The notes beneath the pieces were generated by a model, which ran no database searches, was not told the DNA's origin, and was given only the letters and a program-made list of their open reading frames with translations. Positions 49,811 to 58,955 of a DNA stretch of 64,000 nt are shown here, piece after piece. This DNA comes from an uncultured delta proteobacterium. GTDB taxonomy: Bacteria > Desulfobacterota > Desulfobacteria > Desulfobacterales > QNYZ01. The position numbers and the translations under genes are program-made. Position 1 is the first letter of the stretch; each line of letters begins with the position of its first letter. The stretch covers positions 39,386 through 103,385 of the forward strand of contig CAWJQU010000006.1 of the NCBI GenBank assembly GCA_963845145.1. The letters run 5' to 3'.

Positions 49811-50661
49811 TAGGTATTCTCTTTATTTTTTTGGCTGTTGTTGCTTCAAGCGGTCTTGCCATGACGGTTAAGACCGCCAACGCAAAAGGGCTGCCCTTCG
49901 GAAAGGTTTTGGCTACCAACTACCTGGTGGCCACTTTGACCCCCTTGATTACTTCAGGCGGTACAATCAGCGGTTTTGATTCGATCCTGATACCGGGCCT
50001 GGGTGTATTGATCGGTAGTTTATATGTGCTGTCTTTAAGGCTGTTTGACAAGGCTATCGTCGTTATGGGCCTTGCCCTACCTTCAGCCCTTATGCGCATG
50101 TCTGCCATTTTACCCACGCTGGGGTCACTTGTCTTTTTCCATGAGCAGTTAAACCTCTATCAGATGTTGGGTATTGTGCTGGCATTTTCTTCGTTGCCGC
50201 TTGCCGGTAATGACCCTATTCGGTTCGACCGGGCAGTTATGTTCGGTTTCAAGGGGCTGAAATGGGGGCTCCTTCTTTTTATCGTTTACGGATTTGCCAG
50301 TTTCATTTTCAAACTGCACGCTGAATGGACGGTAAACGATGATCCCCGGGGGTTTATCACCGTCATTTTCGGTACGGCTTTGGTGATTACCAGCCCCCAC
50401 TTTTTTAAAAAATCCGATCAAACCAAACCTGCATTGGTGTGTGGGGGGATTTTAGGAATAACCAATATTCTGGCAACCTATTTCCTGGTACGCGCACTGG
50501 CTTGCCTGCCTGGATTTATTGTGTATCCGAGTATTGGCGTCGGTGTGATCGCTTTGACTACTTTGGCCGGTTTGTATATCTGGAGAGAGAAATTGCGGCC
50601 AGCCAACTACGTCTTTTTGTGCATGGCGGGCCTGGCGGTTCTTATGATCAACCTGGGATAA
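49807..50661 (+). CDS. DMT/EamA-family transporter
   Basis: About 10 TM helices in two repeats, ending FFHEQL and IWREKL. Confidence 0.8.
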   Translation: MIGILFIFLAVVASSGLAMTVKTANAKGLPFGKVLATNYLVATLTPLITSGGTISGFDSILIPGLGVLIGSLYVLSLRLFDKAIVVMGLALPSALMRMSAILPTLGSLVFFHEQLNLYQMLGIVLAFSSLPLAGNDPIRFDRAVMFGFKGLKWGLLLFIVYGFASFIFKLHAEWTVNDDPRGFITVIFGTALVITSPHFFKKSDQTKPALVCGGILGITNILATYFLVRALACLPGFIVYPSIGVGVIALTTLAGLYIWREKLRPANYVFLCMAGLAVLMINLG

Positions 50662-51068
50662 TGATAGGGGCTTTTGATTATTGGAGGTTAAATTCTCTAT
50701 GGCTACCAATATGTAATTTGGATTACAAGTGCTGATAGGGTTTTGATTATTCAATGTTGAGCAAGTTCTGCTTGAGCCATGTTAAATGGCTTGAATTCTA
50801 ATTGAGTCTTAAAACACGATAGCCTGATTGATACAATTTATTTCAACTCATAGAATTTACAGTTAAAATCACACGAACACTTTAATTATATTTTTCATTT
50901 ACACAACCATGATAAACTTCGTCATTTTATCGGTTATTTGGCGAACTATTTGCATGTTATTTTGGATGTGTTTCATTAGATAATCGCTATTTTCGATATA
51001 AGAGGACCTGTTAGAGTAGAATTAATGGTTGAAGATCCTTTCTTTCTGGCTGATATTGTGGACATGGG

Positions 51069-52475
51069 ATGAAAATGGCCGTTAAAAGCGGGACTGATAC
51101 ACATAGCCGGTTGTTCGATAAACTGGAGCACTTGTTAAGCCCGATTGGTGTGGAGATAGAAGAAAAAGCCAAGCGTATTTTATCCGGTTTTATGATTATT
51201 TTTACCGCGCCGGTGCTGCTTACTTTTTCGGGGATTCACCTCGTTAGAGCCGACTACCCCTTGGGTTTTTTTCTCTTGATTACAGGGGGATCGCTTGCAG
51301 TTACCATTCCCTTGATAAGAAAAATTGAACGTATCGTTGTTTTATCTAGAATTCATATTGGGTTTGTGGGGGTCCTTTTTTTATATTTGCTGGCCGAAAG
51401 CGGTCCGTACGGGTATATGGCGCATTGGCTTTATGTATATCCGCTCGTCACTTTCTTCATGTTGGGGCGAAGGGAAGGCCTTTTTTATAATGCGATCTTT
51501 TTTCTTTTTGCACTCATCTTTTTGATATTTCAGGAGCATCTGTCTTGGACGACAGTCCATCAAGCTGGGTTTAAATCCAGGTTTCTTGTTTCACTCTTTT
51601 TAGTAAATGTTTTGGCCTACACATTTGAATTGGTTCGTTACAAATTTGAGGAGCGATTGCGCCAAAATCAAGTAAAGCTCGAAGAAGAGAAGGTAAAATT
51701 GGCCGATGCCAAAAAGGAGGCGGACAGAGCAAATGCCGCTAAAAGTGAATTTCTGGCCAATATGAGCCATGAGTTGAGAACCCCCTTAAACCATATCATC
51801 GGATTTACCGAGGTCGTTGTAGATGGACATTTCGGAGATCTGAATCCTCAGCAGAAAGAATATCTGGGCGATTCCCTGGCCGGCAGCCGGCATCTGCTAT
51901 CCTTAATTAACGATATTTTAGATCTTTCCAAGGTTGAAGCGGGTAAGCTTGAACTGGAGCTTACCGATGTCAATTTAAGAGTGCTTTTAGAAAACAGTCT
52001 GGTTATGGTCAAGGAAAAGGCCCTGAAACATAACATCACGTTGTCGAGCGATTTAGATGGTATTCCTGAGTCGATCCAGGCGGACGAGCGTAAAATCAAG
52101 CAGATCCAATATAACCTTTTAAGCAATGCCGTCAAATTCACCCCAAGTGGCGGTCGTGTAAGACTGAATGCGGGCATTGCGGACTTAAAAGATCCTGCGT
52201 TTAATTTTCAGGAGCTCAAAAACCAACAACCTCAGTGGATTCACATCTGCGTTACCGACTCTGGGATCGGCCTATCAAAAGAGGACCTGGATCGAATATT
52301 TCTCCCTTTTGAACAGGTAGAGAACACAAAGAGCCGCAAATACCAGGGAACAGGCTTGGGATTGTCCTTGACCAAAAAACTCGTTGAGCTCCATGGCGGG
52401 AAGATTTGGGCCGAGAGTGAAGGCGATGGGAAGGGGGCTATATTGCACTATACTCTACCGCTTGAAGTATCCTAA
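51069..52475 (+). CDS. Membrane sensor histidine kinase
   Basis: Multi-TM N-domain; FLANMSHELRTPL, NLLSNAVKFT, GTGLGLS. Confidence 0.93.
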   Translation: MKMAVKSGTDTHSRLFDKLEHLLSPIGVEIEEKAKRILSGFMIIFTAPVLLTFSGIHLVRADYPLGFFLLITGGSLAVTIPLIRKIERIVVLSRIHIGFVGVLFLYLLAESGPYGYMAHWLYVYPLVTFFMLGRREGLFYNAIFFLFALIFLIFQEHLSWTTVHQAGFKSRFLVSLFLVNVLAYTFELVRYKFEERLRQNQVKLEEEKVKLADAKKEADRANAAKSEFLANMSHELRTPLNHIIGFTEVVVDGHFGDLNPQQKEYLGDSLAGSRHLLSLINDILDLSKVEAGKLELELTDVNLRVLLENSLVMVKEKALKHNITLSSDLDGIPESIQADERKIKQIQYNLLSNAVKFTPSGGRVRLNAGIADLKDPAFNFQELKNQQPQWIHICVTDSGIGLSKEDLDRIFLPFEQVENTKSRKYQGTGLGLSLTKKLVELHGGKIWAESEGDGKGAILHYTLPLEVS

Positions 52476-52666
52476 TAATTATTACTTGCACTTATAGATA
52501 GGCACTTTAAATCAAACCCCCTACCAGATAAGGCGTTGATTAAAAAAAGGCCAAAAAACGCCATGATCCCATTTGAGCATTTTTACAAAATTGGATATAA
52601 CAAAAGCCAATCCATATAAAAAACCCAACCTGATAAAAAAACCAACGTGGGTTTAGGAGGTATGGC

Positions 52667-53938
52667 ATGGACGGTATGAAAAAAAGTTTGTCTCGGCGTG
52701 GGTTTATCAAAACAGCTGGTGCTGCAGGGTTGGGATCGGCGCTGATGAACTTGAGCTCGTTTTCTTCAGCCGGGGTCAAAGCAGCTGAAAAGATGCCTGG
52801 AAGGGCGATAGTGCCCAAGCGACCATTTGGAAAAACAGGTGTCGAAGTCTCGATTCTTGCTTTAGGAGGGGTTTTAAGAAGCTCCGATCAGCTTTTATTT
52901 CGGCAGGCCTTTAAAATGGGCGTCACTTATTGGGATACGGCCGACTCTTATGGATGGGGGAAGAACGAAAAGGCCATTGGCGAATACTTTAAGAAGTTTC
53001 CCAATGATCGCAAGGAGGTGTTTCTGGTCACTAAGGCCGCCACTTCAGACCCCCGGAAATTATCCGCTAAACTGGACCTATCACTTCGAAGGATGAACAC
53101 GTCCTATGTGGACATGTTTTTTGTCCACTATGTTAAAGACGTAGAAGAAGAACTGACCGAAGAAGTCAAGATTTGGGCGGAAACAAACAAAGCAAAAGGT
53201 AAAATCCGTCTTTTCGGATTCAGTACCCACAAAAACATGGAAAACACGCTGCTGGCGGCAGCCAGGCTGGGATGGATCGATGGCATCATGATGAGCTATA
53301 ATTACCGCTTGATGGGGAAAGAGAAGATGAAACAGGCCGTGGCGGCCTGTACAAAAGCGGGAATTGGGCTAACAGCCATGAAAACCCAGGCCGCCTTTTC
53401 GGCCAATTTCTACGCTTCCATCGGTTCTGAAACCGATGATGCCTTGAAGATGACCGAAAATTTCCTGAGAAAAGGGTACACGGCCGAACAGGCCAAACTT
53501 AAAGTGGTGTGGGAGAACCCGCACATCGCCAGTATCTGTTCGGCCATGCCGAACATGACCATTCTGCGAGCCAACGTTGACGCCGCATTGAATAAAAAAC
53601 AGTTGTCAAAAGGTGATAAAAAGCGCCTGGAGACATTCGCCCATCGGACGGCTTCGGGTTATTGTGCCGGATGCAGCCAAATCTGCGAATCGCTGGTTTC
53701 CGGCAATATACCCATCAGTGATATTTTGCGTTACGCCATGTATCACAATGGATACGGGGACAGGGATACAGCCTCTCAACGCTTTAACCAATTGCCTTCA
53801 GCCGTCAAGGCCAACTTGATCAAAACCGACTATTATCCTGCGGAGAGCGCCTGCCCTCATAATATACAAATCGGAAAAATCATTAAAGCGGCTTGTGCAG
53901 ACTTAGAACTCCCAATTGTAGAAAAAAATTCCGTCTAA
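52667..53938 (+). CDS. Tat-exported aldo/keto reductase with C-terminal Fe-S Cys motif
   Basis: SRRGFIK Tat motif; RPFGKTG, WDTADSY, GFSTH; CAGCSQIC...CP. Confidence 0.88.
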   Translation: MDGMKKSLSRRGFIKTAGAAGLGSALMNLSSFSSAGVKAAEKMPGRAIVPKRPFGKTGVEVSILALGGVLRSSDQLLFRQAFKMGVTYWDTADSYGWGKNEKAIGEYFKKFPNDRKEVFLVTKAATSDPRKLSAKLDLSLRRMNTSYVDMFFVHYVKDVEEELTEEVKIWAETNKAKGKIRLFGFSTHKNMENTLLAAARLGWIDGIMMSYNYRLMGKEKMKQAVAACTKAGIGLTAMKTQAAFSANFYASIGSETDDALKMTENFLRKGYTAEQAKLKVVWENPHIASICSAMPNMTILRANVDAALNKKQLSKGDKKRLETFAHRTASGYCAGCSQICESLVSGNIPISDILRYAMYHNGYGDRDTASQRFNQLPSAVKANLIKTDYYPAESACPHNIQIGKIIKAACADLELPIVEKNSV

Positions 53939-53979
53939 GATGAAACAATATAAACGATTCGCTTAATGAGGAGAATGCA

Positions 53980-54357
53980 ATGAACACCTTGGTTGCCGTA
54001 CCTTCAGAAAATCCTGGAGGGCTGAAAGCCCAAGTGGGCGCCCATTTTGGGCATTGTGAGATGTTCACCCTTATCCAGGTTAAAGATGAACAAATTCTTG
54101 ATGTGAAGACCATCCCCAATGTTCCCCACGAGCAGGGGGGATGCTTGGCCCCGGTCAACCACCTATCAGAACAGGGAATCCATGCCATAATCGCCGGCGC
54201 CATGGGAATGCGTCCTTTGATGGGATTCAAGCAGATGGGGATTAAAGTTTACTACAGTGACGAGAATCAAACCGTGGGTGATGCTATCAATGCGTTTCTT
54301 GCGGGAAGTCTCTCTCAGTTCAGTGAGCTGAATACCTGTGGTGGTGGTAAAATTTAA
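53980..54357 (+). CDS. NifB/NifX (dinitrogenase FeMo-cofactor binding) family protein
   Basis: AHFGHC, HEQGGC, GAMGMRP; GAGGAG RBS. Confidence 0.85.
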   Translation: MNTLVAVPSENPGGLKAQVGAHFGHCEMFTLIQVKDEQILDVKTIPNVPHEQGGCLAPVNHLSEQGIHAIIAGAMGMRPLMGFKQMGIKVYYSDENQTVGDAINAFLAGSLSQFSELNTCGGGKI

Positions 54358-55137
54358 AACTGAAAACCTTAAAAAGTAGAGGGCAGAATCTGCCGATTTT
54401 TAAAATGGTTTGTAAAGATTGTGTTAAAAACAAATGAAGTGTTGGTGATTGGTGCGGAATCTGTGCCGGCCTGTTCGGCTTGCGACAGCCACCCCGGAAC
54501 GGGCTCTGTGCCGGGCCGAGTTCTGATGCGGGAAAGGGCGATCTTTCCAACTGGAAGTTGTGAGACGGATATCAACTTTGGAGACAATTGATGATAAGGG
54601 TGTCTGTCATTGCGACATCGTGCAAAGATAACGTCGGCGAGTTTGCCTATGCGTTATAAAAAGCCGAAACGGAAATATCTCTTCAATGTATGCGCTCAAG
54701 AGAAGATGCCCTAACGATGGAATAAAAAAATGCCGTTTGATTTATTGGTCGTTAATGCCATGATCAATCCAATTTTAGATAGCTATCTTTCTCTTCGTAA
54801 TTTCATGAAACAATGGAAGGTTTAGGGTTTATAAAAACCCGCTAATTAATATCGCGAGATCAGATCCTGTGGCTGGTTTAAACCGTCTGGCAGGGATCAT
54901 TGGCCTTAAAATGGTATAAAAAGATGAACATCGCTTTAGATCTCTTCCTTGCAGGATGTATTTGACCTGACAGTTCAGAATGATGTTATCTGTAAATATA
55001 GCAAGTTGGGCATATTCTCAATTACATCACCACCTACAGAAGTCTTCAATTTTGTTTGAAAAAATACGTTGAATAGAATATAGACGAATTATTCCTATTC
55101 TGAACCTCCCCATCTAAACCTCAACAGGGGTGTCGTA

Positions 55138-57016
55138 ATGGCCGAGAAAAGCGTGAAACGCAAGCTCAGAGCCATCCTGGCTGCCGACGTAAAGGGTTAC
55201 AGCCGCATGATGGGCAAGGACGAAGTCGGCACCTTCCAAACCCTGACGATCCATTTAAAATCGATCCAATCTATCATTACAACCCATAACGGACGTGTCT
55301 TTTCATCCCCCGGTGATGCTGTCATGGCCGAATTTTCCAGTGTGGTGGATGCGGTTCAATGCGCCGTTAAATTACAGGAGGATCTTAAGGAGGCAAATGC
55401 CGATTTACCCGAAGACCGCAAGATGCAGTTTCGCATCGGTGTGAACCTGGGTGATGTTATTCAAGATGGCGAACAGGTATACGGAGACGGGGTCAACATA
55501 GCCGCTCGTATTGAAACTCTGGCCGAACCAGGGGAAGTATCCATTTCAAAAAATGTTTACAAAACGTTCGCAACAAACTCAAATTTGGGTATGAATATCA
55601 AGGCGAACATCAAGTAAAGAACATTGCCGAGCCTGTGAGGGTATACAAGGTTTTAACGGCACCCGAACATGCAGGTCAATTGATGGGGGAACCGAAACTA
55701 CCAAAGCTTCCATCGAAAAAGTCATCCATTGCAATATTTACGGTTCTGGCTCTGATTGTTGCAGCAGCCATCTGGCAGTTTTATCCTCGCCATCCTGAAA
55801 TAGAACCCGCATCAGTGGAAAAAATGGCGTATCCGTTACCTGAGAAGCCCTCGATCGCCGTGCTGGCCTTTTGACAACATGAGCGAGGATCCCAAGCAGG
55901 AATTTTTCAGTGATGGCATTAAGCGAAGAGATCATCACCGCCCTTTCGAAGACAGATAGACTTTTTGTCATTGCCCGAAATTCAACGTTTACCTACAAAG
56001 GTAAACCAGTCAATGTAAAGCAAGTTGCTGAGGAACTGGGTGTCCGCTATGTACTCGAAGGAAGTGTCCGTAAATCTGAGGATCGAGTGAGAATAACAGC
56101 GCAATTGATCGATGCCATTGCGGGTGAGCACCTCTGGGCAGAACGCTAGGACCGTGAACTAAAAGATATTTTCGCATTACAAGATGAGATTACCATGAAG
56201 ATCGTGAATGCCTTGCAAATTAAACTGACCGAGGGAGAACAAGCTCGTATTATAAGCAAACAATATCTTAGCCTTGACATTTATTTAAAACATATGGAGG
56301 CACTATCGCTTTTTCGGCAAGGCACAAAAGAAAGTACTATTCGGCTTGGCCAGGTGGCACAGGAAATCGTCGATATGGCTCCTGAATCGCCATTGGGTTA
56401 CAATTGGTTGGCGTGGTACAATTGGTCTTTGCGCAAATAGGTAAATCATTTCAAGAAAGTATGACAAAGGCATTTAAGCTGGCTCAAAAGTCTCTTTCTT
56501 TGGATGAATTTTACGCCATCACCCACACTTTATTAGGCAATATCTATAATATATGAGGCAATATGAAAAAGCAATTGTTGAAGGAGAGCGATCTGTTGAA
56601 CTTGAACCCAATAGCGCTGATATCAATGGGGCTTTTAGCATAGTTTATGCTGTGTTGGAAGAATAGATGAGGCATAGACCGGTTTAAACAAGCGATTCGC
56701 CTAAACCCTTTTCCTGTATCTGGTATTTTATTCAATTAGGCGTGTGTTATAGAATGAATGGATTATATGAGGGCGCATTAACTGAATTTAACAAAGCACT
56801 TGCACGGAACCCAAACGCCCTACATAGCTATATGGGCTTAACCGTTGTTCACATTTTGTTAGATCGACAAGAGGAGGCTCGTAATGCAGCCAAAGAAATC
56901 TTAAAGATAGACCCTAAATTTTACTGTGAAGGTTATTTCAAAAGTTATTCCGTATAAAAATCGAGCCGAAGTTAAACTCGTTATGAGCCATCTGAATAAA
57001 GGCGGGGTTGAAATAG
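55138..57016 (+). pseudogene. Class III adenylate/guanylate cyclase with TolB-like and TPR domains; disrupted
   Basis: AADVKGYS, GDAV, RIGVNLGD, GDGVNIAAR; PSIAVL, VIARNS, WAER*DR (in-frame TAG at 56147); several frameshifts; TPR remnants. Confidence 0.85.
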
Positions 57017-57379
57017 GGTCTCGAATCAACGGCACGGGCCATATATCTCCAACAACAATGTAGATATCAGGGGCCCGAAAATCACCGATGTTCGAAAATA
57101 ATCGTAACAGGTCAGATAGTGTAAATTTATCGGTTCCAGTGGCACGGTGGGGATGTCCAAAGCGTATCGGTAATAATCCCGATGATTTTGAAAACAAACA
57201 TTATCTCAATATGTCATAATAACGAGATTTTTAGCCAGATTGTGTTATTTAAGAGACGAATATAATCAATTAGAAAATATTTGACAAAATGCCTTTAGCA
57301 ATTAAACTTTCTGATAGTAATATTGTATAACCCATAAGGAGTATTAAGGAGACTTAATCTTCATGAACAGGAGGCTATT

Positions 57380-57565
57380 ATGAGCAAAGATGAAATGCCA
57401 CATGAGGGACATGAAAAACATCTATGTTACCAGCACGGCGAAGGACTTTTAGAAAATAATATTGAGGAATGGAAAAAATTGGTATCGAATGGGCAATATG
57501 TTTGTGGTGGTTGTGGTCGTGTTGCAAACAGCTCTGAAAATCTTTGTGATCCACAAAAGCTCTAA
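57380..57565 (+). CDS. Small Cys/His-rich putative metal-binding protein (61 aa)
   Basis: AGGAGG RBS; TTGACA-N16-TAAACT upstream (57281-57308); HLC..CGGCGR..LCDP. Confidence 0.7.
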   Translation: MSKDEMPHEGHEKHLCYQHGEGLLENNIEEWKKLVSNGQYVCGGCGRVANSSENLCDPQKL

Positions 57566-57814
57566 TATCAATCTATGAGGAAGACCTCGCTTTTCTCAGC
57601 GTGGTTGTGCGATTGAAACCGCCTACTATTTGGTTGCGTTAACTCGATATGTAACGAGTAAAATTAGCGTGTACAACAGGCTTCAAAGTAATTATGAAGC
57701 CTGTTGTATCTCCAACAACCATGCAAATATCAGTTTGAAAAATATTAACGATGTTCAAATAAAATCACGGGTAAAGGGGGTGGATCCAGCACGCCGAACC
57801 CACCCTGTTTTGGT

Positions 57815-58652
57815 TTAGCTGTAAATCGTTTCAATCCATTTCAGAGCTTCTGAATCGCTGATCCTTCCCAGATAAATTTGGGTGGTCGACAAATTTGAAT
57901 GTCGAAGGATGATTTTGCTCACAATTTCAAGAGGTACCCCTGAGCGGGATGCAAAAGTGGCCGCATGTCGCCGGAGATCATGAGGCCTCAGATAAATACC
58001 GACCAATTTACCGGCCTTCAATACAACCGTCCGGGCAGCTTCATAACAAATCGGAAATATCCGCTCATTCAACCCGATATTTCGGGTTTTGATATAATCC
58101 TTAAGACGATCAGCCACTTTCTGGGGGATGAATATCATTTCTCGTTCACGTCCGCTTTTAGGTTCTCTCAACAGGATTTTCCTTTCGGAAATATCCCTTG
58201 GAACAATTTTCAGTACTTCTCCAATTCGCATCCCTGACCGAGCCATAAGTTCGAGCATCAAACGATCCCTGGGTTTAGTCGTCCGAAAAATAATCTCATC
58301 GACGGTTTCCTTTTCGAGTACGTCAAAATGAGTCTTTATCTTTGGCCGAAACAGCTTGCGTAACATTGGTGAATCGCATGGATTCGTGAAACCAGGATTG
58401 AGGTTGTTTGTGGCGAAGTTAAAAAATGCCAACAGGCTGGTAAATCGAACACGCTTTGTTTGAGGTTTACGACCTTCGGTGAGCTGATTCATGAAGTCAA
58501 GGATATTGTCAACAGACAGATCGTTGAGGTCGTAATCACCGAATTGGCTACAAAATTTATCCTTGACGAACGAGTGCGATCTTACGGTATTTTTTTTTCG
58601 AGTGGATTTGATGATAATCGAGCCAGATTTTTCCCGCTTTGGACACTTTCAT
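57815..58652 (-). CDS. Tyrosine recombinase/integrase, split at an A9 run (~58590)
   Basis: AAAGGAGG RBS and ATG 58652 (MKVSKAGKIWLDYHQIHSKK); removing one A joins it to ORF 57815..58492 with GMRIGE, HDLRRH, LRHSN, TQIY. Confidence 0.85.
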
Positions 58653-58955
58653 GGCGTACCTCCTTTGGATAAAATATTTGACAATGGCCCAATGCCAAGT
58701 TAATTCTAATATGTCCAAAGCATATCGGCAATAATTTCATTGTGTTTGATAACTGACATTGTCTCAATCTATCTGCAATTAAATGATTTTGCTTTCTGTT
58801 CTAATAATTTGCCAATAATTATATTAATTGATGGAATTTTTCTATTTTAATCGCAAATAGGGCTGATTACAAGAAATCTAATTAAGATTCCAGTATGGAT
58901 CAAAAAATCAGACATCTAAACAATATCAAGATTTAGAAAATAAAAAAAACCCATA

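Noticed and set aside
53980..54357. Nitrogen fixation gene cluster
   Set aside because: A lone NifB/NifX-family domain protein; these are common in non-diazotrophic anaerobes, and no nifHDK is present.
56147..56149. In-frame TAG as pyrrolysine or readthrough in the cyclase gene
   Set aside because: It replaces the Tyr of the conserved WAERYDR motif, and the gene also has several frameshifts, so ordinary decay or error is more likely.
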